From: Candidatus Heimdallarchaeum aukensis
GTDB taxonomy: Archaea; Asgardarchaeota; Heimdallarchaeia; Heimdallarchaeales; Heimdallarchaeaceae
Reading direction: 5' to 3'
Length of the DNA: 64,000 nucleotides
Assembly (NCBI GenBank): GCA_021513695.1
Contig: CP084166.1
Coordinates: 416,001-480,000 of the forward strand
Below, in pieces: positions 36,546-45,535 of this stretch. Below the pieces are notes generated by a model, which saw only the letters and a list, made by a program, of their open reading frames with translations, was not told the origin of the DNA and ran no database searches. The stretch's first letter is position 1, and every line of letters starts with the position of its first letter. Made by a program: the position numbers and the translations under genes.

Positions 36546-37571
36546 ATGCACAACAAAGAAAAAAGAAAACAATTATTCCTTTTTATTTTTGCCTTAATAA
36601 TCAGCATAACACTCGCAATAGTGCTTACTCTAGTAGAAAAACAAGTTTCAGTTCCTAAAATGATTATTTTTGGTTTTTCCTCTTTTTTAAATATCATAAC
36701 AATTTGTATCTTTACTTTTCCTTACATTAACAAAATAGTTATAGAGTATCTAAAAGGAAGAAAAATATACTATCTTTTCTTATTAGTAGTAATTATCAAT
36801 CCATTGTTAAATTGGATATTTATTGATTCACTAAATGGATTTATAGTTGCTTTTCTATCTTATTTAGCTTGGATAGCTTTACCTGTTATAGCTTTTATGC
36901 AAGCATATGTAATTGATAAAATCAAGTTTAAATCATTACTACTTGTGGCAGGAATATTAATTTTAGCATATGGTTTTGATTCAAGACTTATGTATTCTGT
37001 TCTTTCCGGTTTTGATGAAGGAAAATACAGTTTTAGCTCATTATGGGTAAGCGCAATAATTCTTACAATATACTCTATTCAGTTAGAAAAAGCAGAAATA
37101 AGATTAAGGTGGACACTAAATTTAAAGAAGCTAATATTATCTCTCGGTTCTTTAGTCGTATTGTTTGCTGTTATAGTTCCTTTAGGCTTATATACTGAAT
37201 TTCTAGTCTGGTCTCCTGATTGGCCAGGATTTGCATTATTTATCCTTGCATTTATAGGTATATGGTTTACAATTGCTCTTCCAGAAGAACTAATAGCTCG
37301 CTCAATAATCCAATATCAATTATCAGAGAAAACTGTTCCTAAAAGTAGTAAATATTACAAATATCACAAATGGATTATATTGGTAGTAGCGTCCTTTATC
37401 TTCGGATTAAGTCACCACAACAACACAAGTGCAGAATTCGCTTGGATTTACATAGGCTTTGCTACTTTTGCAGGAATTTTATATGGTATATGTTGGAGAT
37501 ATGGTAATTTAGCTACAGCAATGTTAACACATACTCTAGTAGACTGGATTTGGCAACTGTTATTTAGATAG
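36546..37571 (+). CDS. CPBP (CAAX protease / bacteriocin-processing) family intramembrane metalloprotease
   Basis: 341 aa and polytopic. It has the three CPBP motifs: EELIARS (EExxxR), FGLSHHNN (FxxxH) and HTLVDW (HxxxD). Confidence 0.7.
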   Translation: MHNKEKRKQLFLFIFALIISITLAIVLTLVEKQVSVPKMIIFGFSSFLNIITICIFTFPYINKIVIEYLKGRKIYYLFLLVVIINPLLNWIFIDSLNGFIVAFLSYLAWIALPVIAFMQAYVIDKIKFKSLLLVAGILILAYGFDSRLMYSVLSGFDEGKYSFSSLWVSAIILTIYSIQLEKAEIRLRWTLNLKKLILSLGSLVVLFAVIVPLGLYTEFLVWSPDWPGFALFILAFIGIWFTIALPEELIARSIIQYQLSEKTVPKSSKYYKYHKWIILVVASFIFGLSHHNNTSAEFAWIYIGFATFAGILYGICWRYGNLATAMLTHTLVDWIWQLLFR

Positions 37572-37573
37572 AT

Positions 37574-38716
37574 TTACATCCTTTCTACTTCTTCTAAATA
37601 ATCAAAAAATTGAACTTTTTCTGATGTCTCAGAATCTTGCATTCTTTTTATTAATCTCTTTTTTGCAACCTCAATTGCTTTTTTTGAGTTATCTATACCT
37701 ATCCATCTTCTATCTAGTTCTTGAGCAGCAAGTAGAGTTGTGCCAGAACCGCAAAAACAATCAAGAACAATGCTATCTTTGTTAGAAGAAATAGCAATTA
37801 GAAGTTTTAACAATTCAATGTTTTTTTCTGTAGGGTAGCTGGGATATTGAGGATCTTTAAACTCTAGAATGTCTTGATATTTCATTCCTTTTTTCTCATC
37901 TGCATAAATTTTCTTCCTAGGAACACCTGTTTTTGACCATTCAATTAGTCCTTCTTTATCTAGTTTTTCTAGTTCTTCAGGAGAACTTCGCCAGTGTCGT
38001 CCTTTAGGCGGTAAAATTCCTTTCCACTCTTTTCCTGTCAAACCATTTTTTGTTTCTCCAGGAGCATGAAGAGGAATGGTGGTATATCTTCTTCCATCGC
38101 TATCAATTTTTTTGAAAAGACGATTAATGTCTTCTTCAGTAAAAGGTTTTTTTTGTTCATTCCAAATATAATCTTTAGTCTTTGAATAGAATAATATCAT
38201 GTCTTTAATATTACCAAAAGCTTTTCGATGAAAATTTTTGGGATTACACTTTATTCTTGACAAATCATTGATAAAATTCTCTTCTCCAAATATTTCGTCC
38301 ATTATGATTTTAACATAGTGACCTATTTTGTAGTCAGTATGGACATAGATAGAAGCTTGTTTTGACATTAATTCTCTTATTAAAACCAATCTTTCTCTAA
38401 GAAATTCAAGAAATTCATACCCCGTTACAATATCAGAAAAAGCTACATTCGAAGACAAACTGTTGCTAATTGTGTTAGCCCTATCTTCTGAAATTCTAAA
38501 AACCTTATTTGTAGAAAAAGGAGGATCTATATAGACCAAATCTATTTTTTCTTTATATTTTTCAGATTCTAGTAAATGTTTCATAACTCTCAAATTATCT
38601 CCAAAAATGAGTTTAGAACTAGTATTATTACTTCCGTTTATTGACTTTAATTCAATTTGAGGAATTGACTTGAATATCTCCTCTTTTGTCTTCTTGTTAG
38701 GATATTCTAAATACAT
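37574..38716 (-). CDS. Beta-class N6-adenine/N4-cytosine DNA methyltransferase (orphan, Mod-like)
   Basis: 380 aa. Motif IV is DPPF (LVYIDPPFSTNKVF). Motif I is near the C-terminus (DCFCGSGTTLLAAQELDRRWIGIDNS). No Res or endonuclease partner is nearby. Confidence 0.8.
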   Translation of the reverse strand: MYLEYPNKKTKEEIFKSIPQIELKSINGSNNTSSKLIFGDNLRVMKHLLESEKYKEKIDLVYIDPPFSTNKVFRISEDRANTISNSLSSNVAFSDIVTGYEFLEFLRERLVLIRELMSKQASIYVHTDYKIGHYVKIIMDEIFGEENFINDLSRIKCNPKNFHRKAFGNIKDMILFYSKTKDYIWNEQKKPFTEEDINRLFKKIDSDGRRYTTIPLHAPGETKNGLTGKEWKGILPPKGRHWRSSPEELEKLDKEGLIEWSKTGVPRKKIYADEKKGMKYQDILEFKDPQYPSYPTEKNIELLKLLIAISSNKDSIVLDCFCGSGTTLLAAQELDRRWIGIDNSKKAIEVAKKRLIKRMQDSETSEKVQFFDYLEEVERM

Positions 38717-38836
38717 CGGTTAAACCATGTAAACCTTATAATTAATTATTAAAATCATTTACTCTTGCTGTTATTTGAGTTTTATTAAAATTCTTTATTT
38801 AACAAAGTTTTAATAGAAGAGCATTAAGAGCACACC

Positions 38837-39526
38837 ATGATTGATGGTCTTCTATCATTAATATTCTTTGCAATCGAATTTGCAATATTAATATCTGTAG
38901 TGCTTTTAAATAGAGATCATCCTTTCTTTTGGACTATTATCTCTCTGTTAGCACTACTTCAACTATATCAGCTATCTGAATTCCTAATTTGTAGTGGAAT
39001 TGCACCTGCAATATTTATCCGAATTGCGTATGTAATAATAACTTTCCTTCCTCCCACAGGATATTTTCTTTCATCTCAAATTTCAGGGTGGAAAAATCAA
39101 AGCAATATACTGGGTAAAGATTACATACTAGGATTTATTTTAGGAACAGGTTTCGCTATCTATTATTTGGTAGATACAGCTTCTGTAACACTTTTGGATT
39201 GTAATCCTTTTTTTGCAACTTATGACAGCAAGTTCTCTTTAGCTTATGGTATATTTTATTATGGTTACATAATGTTTGCAATTGCACTACTGTTCTATTC
39301 AATTGGTTTTGGAGTTTATAAAGAGGAAAATTATCCTAAAAAGAAATATGCTATTCTCATGCTAATCGGTTATCTATCTTTTCTAGTACCAATGCACTTG
39401 ATGACATTGATTGATGTAAGTTGGCTTAATGTTGTTCCTTCAGTAATGTGCAAATACGCTATTCTACTCGCTATAACTTTGGGAATATTCAGTTTTATAA
39501 AAAAGTCAAAAACTAAAACTGAATAA
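38837..39526 (+). CDS. Hypothetical polytopic membrane protein
   Basis: 229 aa with about 7 hydrophobic helices. No recognised motif. Confidence 0.45.
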   Translation: MIDGLLSLIFFAIEFAILISVVLLNRDHPFFWTIISLLALLQLYQLSEFLICSGIAPAIFIRIAYVIITFLPPTGYFLSSQISGWKNQSNILGKDYILGFILGTGFAIYYLVDTASVTLLDCNPFFATYDSKFSLAYGIFYYGYIMFAIALLFYSIGFGVYKEENYPKKKYAILMLIGYLSFLVPMHLMTLIDVSWLNVVPSVMCKYAILLAITLGIFSFIKKSKTKTE

Positions 39527-39540
39527 CTCTTTTTTACTTT

Positions 39541-40437
39541 TCAAAGAGGAATAGTTACAAATTTCATTTTATTAATAATCATCAACCCATTCATTATAAA
39601 AGTAGCACAAGCTTGTAAGAATGCAGGAAAAGGCAAGTTTATGGTTATTTGTTCTAAAAGCAAATTATATATTTCTAATAGTTTTTTGCTCGAATTATCT
39701 TTAGCGAGAATGAACAATTTTTTGTAAATTCTATGTGTAGTCAAATCTATCTCAGGAATTATTTCTCTCCAGTTTTTTTGATAAATTTCAATTGTTGTTT
39801 CATTTGAATAAATGATGGATATTGTAGAATTAAGTAGCAGATCTAATTCCAGTAGTTGTCTGATTTGTGGAGAACTATCTAATCTTGTTTCCAAAAAAGT
39901 TGCTACATAATGAAGCATTTCTTCATCTAAAACAACCAATGACTCAAAAGAATTAGCTAGTTGTGTAAACCATGTATCCACGATATCTTTGTCTATTTCA
40001 ACAGAAACCAGAGCTGTTATCTCAATAAAACCTAAACGAGAAACATACTTATGCTCTTTACTTTTTACCTTTGCAATAACTTTTTCTTCTATAATATATT
40101 GTGTTTGCCTTAAATAGTCCTTAATCTTTAAACCTTGAAGGTTAAAAGGAGAATAACCAATAGAGTCAATAAATACTTTTCTTAATTCTGATTTCTTGGG
40201 CATAGGAATGTTTAATCCTATTTCTTGTTTCTTCTCTTTTTGTTTTGCTTGAACTTGTGATCTAACATTGAAATCTTCATCTACATACAGAATTATAGCA
40301 TCCAAAGAATCTTTACAGTCATGTACATCTACATAAGTTGTTAAACCTTCAGCTCCTATTTTAACAACAAGCTCAGAAGGAATTTCCATTGTTCTTTTTT
40401 TTCCACAAAAGTTGCATTGATAAGTAATTATAGTCAT
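39541..40437 (-). CDS. Uncharacterised Cys-cluster protein, family copy A
   Basis: 298 aa. The N-terminus YQCNFCGKKR...VDVHDC has a CxxC plus HxC cluster. It is homologous along its full length to the ORF at 44566..45471. Shared motifs are LLYxD....VRSQ, FNLxGxKIKDxLRQ, FIExxA, LLxNSxISxIY, NWxxIxPxL and FPxFL. Confidence 0.5.
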   Translation of the reverse strand: MTIITYQCNFCGKKRTMEIPSELVVKIGAEGLTTYVDVHDCKDSLDAIILYVDEDFNVRSQVQAKQKEKKQEIGLNIPMPKKSELRKVFIDSIGYSPFNLQGLKIKDYLRQTQYIIEEKVIAKVKSKEHKYVSRLGFIEITALVSVEIDKDIVDTWFTQLANSFESLVVLDEEMLHYVATFLETRLDSSPQIRQLLELDLLLNSTISIIYSNETTIEIYQKNWREIIPEIDLTTHRIYKKLFILAKDNSSKKLLEIYNLLLEQITINLPFPAFLQACATFIMNGLMIINKMKFVTIPL

Positions 40438-40521
40438 TTAGTATCTAAAATAATTAATTGTTCTGAGCCTATAAAAAATTTGCTAGAAAAAAGATAAAAG
40501 TGTCTTTTTTAATTTGGTTGT

Positions 40522-41367
40522 ATGAGTAAATACCCAGTCTTTATTCTTGCAGGACGAGACAAAGAAAGAAGAGAAATAATGAAAAATATGGATCCAGAAG
40601 AAAAATATCAAATAAAAGCTCTGTTACCATTTTTAGGTAAAAGGGTTATAGATTATGTTGTTGAAGCTCTTTATCAATCTAAGATGGTAGAAGATGTATA
40701 TATTGTCGGTCAGAATGAAAAAACCCTACCCTTTGATAACTTTCCGGTAAAGTATATTGAAATAGATTACATTTCTGATATTAAGACTAAATATAATGCT
40801 ATTTTAAATTATTTAGAGAGAGAAAATAAGAAACTAAATTACATAATTTTTTGCTCTTCTGACTGTCCAGCAATAAGACCTGAACTAGTTGATCAATTCA
40901 TCAAAGAAGTAGACTCTTGTGAGAATTGCGATTTTATAATGTCTATTGTTCCAAATGAAAGAGTTATAGAACTCTATGGTGAATCTAATAGAGTTGTAGG
41001 TAAGTTTACTGATGCGGAAGTATTCCCTGGAGAAATGTATGCTCTTTCTCCACGAGCAATAAAAGTAGGTACAAAAGAAATAGAAATTTTATCTAACAGG
41101 CGTAAGAATAGAACTTTCTGGGGAACAGCTTCTTATATAGTAAAGAAAGCTATAAAGAAACCTTCAACTTGGTTTAGGATACTTAAATTAGTTTTTAAAA
41201 AAGCAAGTCTGAATGATGCAAAGATTATTTTCGAAAAAGTTTTCGAAATAAAAGGAAAAGCTGTGATTATCGATGATATTGGATTTGGTTACGATCTAGA
41301 TTTAGAAGAAGACTATGAAAAATTAGAAAAACTAGTTATTCAAAGAAATAATGAAATGAAAAAGTAA
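40522..41367 (+). CDS. MobA-like nucleotidyltransferase family protein (tentative)
   Basis: 281 aa. The N-terminus VFILAGRDKERREI...KALLPFLGKRVIDYVVEAL resembles the NTP_transf_3/GT-A nucleotide-binding fold. Confidence 0.45.
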   Translation: MSKYPVFILAGRDKERREIMKNMDPEEKYQIKALLPFLGKRVIDYVVEALYQSKMVEDVYIVGQNEKTLPFDNFPVKYIEIDYISDIKTKYNAILNYLERENKKLNYIIFCSSDCPAIRPELVDQFIKEVDSCENCDFIMSIVPNERVIELYGESNRVVGKFTDAEVFPGEMYALSPRAIKVGTKEIEILSNRRKNRTFWGTASYIVKKAIKKPSTWFRILKLVFKKASLNDAKIIFEKVFEIKGKAVIIDDIGFGYDLDLEEDYEKLEKLVIQRNNEMKK

Positions 41368-41412
41368 ACAAATTGCAAAAAAATTAAAAGTGTAATACGA
41401 ATTATTACTATT

Positions 41413-42369
41413 ATGAAAAAAAAATACATCTCTTTTTTTATCATAACAATTTTTATTGCTTCAATATTGAATAGTGTTTCAATATTAGCTGAAACAGCTC
41501 CTGATGAGCTTGAACTCCAGGAAGGAACGTATGTAAAAGGTCGATATTATAAAGATGCAAATAATGAGACTGTTGCTACAGTCACTTTAACTGTTTCAAA
41601 AATATGGAATATTACTAGTTCTCTTGATGCTATAGCTATAGAACAAAAGATGGAATATCCTTCAGGTTCTACAGATATTTTCTTTGGTTCAACTTATTCT
41701 ACTGTTATTATGACAGAATTAGTTTGGAAGCATAACCGTACTGTTATCTATCCTGCAGCTAAATTAAAACTTGTAAATAGTTCTGATACTATTGAAGCTA
41801 CAATCTTAGATAATCCTGATTATGAATCTATGATGGATACAAATAACTTAAAAATAGTTTTAAAAGATGGTACTAGTTATAGAATAGGAGATATTGATAG
41901 TTCTATCCCTGACTATTCCAAAGTTTTAGGAATGGCTTTTGCATGGGCAATAATAAATGCTGTATTACTCATTGGTTATACTTATACATGGTTAGCGATC
42001 AGTCCTGAAACTGAAGACACTCAGACTATAAATTACAGAAATGGGACTGCTTCGGTTGAAGACATTAGTTCCTTTACTGTAGGAGGAAAGAAATACTCCA
42101 CTATTCATTTACAACAAAGCAAAAAGAAGGTTACTAGCGGATTCTTTTCTAACTATTTCAATGAAGTAGATGCATACTATGAAACAAAAACTGGATTTCT
42201 AATTAAGTGGAAAGAAAAAGATTATGATACTGATGAACTATACATTTTCGAACCCAGTGAAATTGAAATAAAAGCTTCACTAATTGGAAACATAGACTTT
42301 TCTATTTACGGAGCTCTTATTGCTTTTGCAGTAATTTCTTTTGCAGTATTTGTTAGAAAGAGGAGATAA
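41413..42369 (+). CDS. Secreted, C-terminally anchored hypothetical protein
   Basis: 318 aa. It has a signal-like segment ISFFIITIFIASILNSVSILAE, one internal hydrophobic segment, and a C-terminal TM plus RKRR tail. Confidence 0.5.
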   Translation: MKKKYISFFIITIFIASILNSVSILAETAPDELELQEGTYVKGRYYKDANNETVATVTLTVSKIWNITSSLDAIAIEQKMEYPSGSTDIFFGSTYSTVIMTELVWKHNRTVIYPAAKLKLVNSSDTIEATILDNPDYESMMDTNNLKIVLKDGTSYRIGDIDSSIPDYSKVLGMAFAWAIINAVLLIGYTYTWLAISPETEDTQTINYRNGTASVEDISSFTVGGKKYSTIHLQQSKKKVTSGFFSNYFNEVDAYYETKTGFLIKWKEKDYDTDELYIFEPSEIEIKASLIGNIDFSIYGALIAFAVISFAVFVRKRR

Positions 42370-42439
42370 TCTATTTTTCTCTTTTTTTTATTATAAGAGG
42401 AAACTTAAATATTAGCGGTTTATTTTTTTTTGAAGAGGA

Positions 42440-43675
42440 ATGAAACATATATCAGAAGATATTTTGGGAACTTTAAGTTCAGAATTAGATGGAAAAACTA
42501 TTGTTCATTGTGTGACTAGCTCTATTTCATGCTTTCTAGCACCAAAAATAAGTCGGTTATTGATGAGAAATGGAGCAAAAGTTATTCCAGTTTTATCTCC
42601 TGAAGCAGCAAAGTTTGTTCATCCTATGATTTTTGAGTGGGCAACAGGAAATGAACCAATAGTTACAATTGAAGGAAAAGTAGAACATGTTCATTATGCA
42701 GGTTTATCAAAAGAAAAAGCTGATCTGATTCTTATTGCGCCCATAACTGCAAATTCTCTTTCTAAAATAGCTAATGGGATTATGGATACATCTGTTACAC
42801 TGATGGCTGGAACAGCTTTGGGAAACAATATACCTATGATAATTGTTCCTACAATGCATGAAGTTATGCTTTACAACCCTTCTGTTAAAGAGAATATTAA
42901 GAAGCTAGAGAAAATGGGTGTTAAAGTCTTAATGCCATTGATTGAAGAAGAAAAAGCTAAAATTCCTTCTGAAGAATATATAGTAAATGAAGTAGTAAAA
43001 GAACTAACTGAAAAAACTTTTGAGAATACTTCTGTTTTAGTTACAGCTGGTCCAACTAGAGCATATATAGATGGAATAAGGTTTATTAGCAATCCTTCAA
43101 GTGGAAAAATGGGTTTTGCTTTAGCTTTGGAAGCTTGGAAAAAAGGAGCTAAAGTAAAAGTTGTTTATGGAGCTACAGAACTTTCTCCTGAAAAGAATAT
43201 AGAAGAAAAAGTAAAAGTTGAAAGACCAGAAGAAATGTATTTAGAGGTTTTAGAATCATTAAAGAAAGAAAAATATGATTTTGTAATCCTTGCAGCAGCT
43301 ATGAACGACTTTGCTGCAGAGGAGATACCTGACGAGAAAATCAAGTCAAAGTCAGAATGGTTACTTAAACTGAAGCCTGTAGCCAAATTAGCAGACAAAA
43401 TAAAAGAGATTTCACCTGAAACTACATTAGTTTTATTTAAAGCAGAATATGCAAAAACAGACGAAGAATTAGTTGAAATAGCTAAACAAAGACTAGAAAA
43501 AGCTCAAGCTGACTTTATTGTGGCTAACGATGTTTCCGTCAAAAAATATGGATTTGCAAGTTACCAAAATAGGGTGGCTTTGATATCAAAAGATAAAGAA
43601 AAAGTTCAGTGGTTTGAAGGTAGTAAAAAAGAAGTTGCTAGAAAAATATTAGAAAATATTAGAAAAAAAATGTAA
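42440..43675 (+). CDS. coaBC: Bifunctional phosphopantothenoylcysteine decarboxylase / phosphopantothenate-cysteine ligase
   Basis: 411 aa. The N-terminal flavoprotein domain has IVHCVTSSISCFLAPKISRLL and APITANSLSKIANGIMDTSVT. The C-terminal DFP domain has VTAGPTRAYIDGIRFISNPSSGKMGFALA and AAAMNDF. Confidence 0.85.
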   Translation: MKHISEDILGTLSSELDGKTIVHCVTSSISCFLAPKISRLLMRNGAKVIPVLSPEAAKFVHPMIFEWATGNEPIVTIEGKVEHVHYAGLSKEKADLILIAPITANSLSKIANGIMDTSVTLMAGTALGNNIPMIIVPTMHEVMLYNPSVKENIKKLEKMGVKVLMPLIEEEKAKIPSEEYIVNEVVKELTEKTFENTSVLVTAGPTRAYIDGIRFISNPSSGKMGFALALEAWKKGAKVKVVYGATELSPEKNIEEKVKVERPEEMYLEVLESLKKEKYDFVILAAAMNDFAAEEIPDEKIKSKSEWLLKLKPVAKLADKIKEISPETTLVLFKAEYAKTDEELVEIAKQRLEKAQADFIVANDVSVKKYGFASYQNRVALISKDKEKVQWFEGSKKEVARKILENIRKKM

Positions 43676-43689
43676 GAAGGCAATATTTC

Positions 43690-44424
43690 TTAATTACCAG
43701 ATGCAACTGGAACTTCAACTATTTTTTTATTGTTCTTTCTTTGGTCAATAATGAAATTTAGTAAAAACAATACTGGAATTCCAGAGTTAAATTCTAGCAG
43801 ACTGTTGAAAAGAATAATTGATAAACTACCTTCAATAGGCCTTATTCCTGAAACATGTAGAGTTAATTCCATTCCAAAGTGAACTAATATACCTATCAGA
43901 AAAAGATAAGCTATGTTAAGAAATGTTAAGTCTTTCATTGGTTTATAAAACAATTTAAGCAAAAGAATTACCAAATAACCAATTCCAACCATGAGTATTT
44001 GTGTCAGCCTAGCATTTGTCATTTCTCTGTAAATTGAAATCGTGCGGTCATCAAGAGGAATATATTGAGACATAAATGCAGATGACAACCAACCTACATA
44101 TAGGAAAACTGTCCAGAATAAAGCTTTCTTTACTTCTTTTGTTCTAATCATAATAATAGCGTAAGAAAACTCAATAACTCCGTAAGTAAATGAAAAGTAC
44201 AATAAAAACAGATCTGGTTGTAGAGGAGCATCAATAACCCTTGTTCCTTTAAGATGAAACCAAATGACATCATCAGTAAAGAAAACTATTAAAAAACCAA
44301 ATAAACCAAAGAAAAACTCTCTGTAATGTTTTTTCTTCAATAAAACTCCAATCCAAATCAAGCAAAATAATAAGTCAAAATATATAAAATCAAAATTAAA
44401 GACTCTGGCAACTATATTGTTCAT
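43690..44424 (-). CDS. Hypothetical polytopic membrane protein
   Basis: 244 aa with about 7 TM helices. No recognised motif. Confidence 0.45.
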   Translation of the reverse strand: MNNIVARVFNFDFIYFDLLFCLIWIGVLLKKKHYREFFFGLFGFLIVFFTDDVIWFHLKGTRVIDAPLQPDLFLLYFSFTYGVIEFSYAIIMIRTKEVKKALFWTVFLYVGWLSSAFMSQYIPLDDRTISIYREMTNARLTQILMVGIGYLVILLLKLFYKPMKDLTFLNIAYLFLIGILVHFGMELTLHVSGIRPIEGSLSIILFNSLLEFNSGIPVLFLLNFIIDQRKNNKKIVEVPVASGN

Positions 44425-44565
44425 TAAATTCGAGACAATTTACGTGATTTATAAGATTTATCTACATTTTAGTGTAATGTTGTTTATAATTTTTCATAAT
44501 AACTAACTTTTTGTTAGTACAATGAATAGGGTTATAAATTCTCCTTTCAGAGTTAATTTCGGAAA

Positions 44566-45471
44566 TTGAATAGGCAAATAGAATATCAGTGTGATGAATG
44601 TAAGAAAATAAGAATGCTACTTATTTCAGATGCTATTGAACTTAAGAGTTTAATGCTAGATGTTGGAACTATCGAGTTCGTAGATGTTCATCGATGCATA
44701 GATGATGAAATTAAGGCATCGTTATTGTACATAGACTCTTATAACAAAGTTCGTTCTCAGTGTATTATTGAAGCTGAAGAAAATGATGATACCAAAAATG
44801 AACTAGATAACTTAATTCCTACCGTTCCAAAAACAGATTTTCCTAAAATTCAAATAGTACCTACTTCTGATTTTGGTTCATTCAATTTAAAAGGTTTTAA
44901 AATTAAAGACAAACTTAGACAATGTTATTACTTACTTAATGAGAATGCTAAAGGAGAAAAAATTAAAGTTATTTCTCTCCTGAAATTTATTGAATTTGAA
45001 GCAACTATTGCTCCAGAAATAGATAAAAAGATTGCAGAAAGATGGATAAAAAGAACAGTAAAGTTAATTGAAAGTGTTCCAATTTTAGAAGATATTGTTA
45101 TAACCTTTCTCCCTTCCTATCTTGATAATTTTATCACTTTTGAACCAAAAGAAAGAGAAATAAATGAACTAGAATTGCTTTTTAATTCACCAATAAGTGT
45201 AATTTATACAACAGAAGATAAAAAGAAACTGTTTCAAGAAAATTGGAAAACTATTTGCCCAGATTTAGGTAGTACAGGATATAGAATGTATAACACAATC
45301 TTAGAAGAATGTGCAGATGAAATTGAAAAATCAATAATCGATGTATATTTTCAAATAGGTTCACAATACACTTTTCCTTACTTTTTAGCTTCAATTAATG
45401 AATTAATATCCTTGGGTTTAATCTGTTTTGAAAAACTAGAATTTATAACTATTAAACGACCTAACGATTAA
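44566..45471 (+). CDS. Uncharacterised Cys-cluster protein, family copy B
   Basis: 301 aa with a TTG start. The N-terminus is YQCDECKKIR...VDVHRC. It is a full-length paralog of 39541..40437. The 989-aa surface protein gene begins 64 nt downstream. Confidence 0.5.
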   Translation: MNRQIEYQCDECKKIRMLLISDAIELKSLMLDVGTIEFVDVHRCIDDEIKASLLYIDSYNKVRSQCIIEAEENDDTKNELDNLIPTVPKTDFPKIQIVPTSDFGSFNLKGFKIKDKLRQCYYLLNENAKGEKIKVISLLKFIEFEATIAPEIDKKIAERWIKRTVKLIESVPILEDIVITFLPSYLDNFITFEPKEREINELELLFNSPISVIYTTEDKKKLFQENWKTICPDLGSTGYRMYNTILEECADEIEKSIIDVYFQIGSQYTFPYFLASINELISLGLICFEKLEFITIKRPND

Positions 45472-45535
45472 GAATTGAGATATTAATATTTTTTTGTTGA
45501 TTTTTTTATGTTATTAAACACATTTAAAAAGTGAT

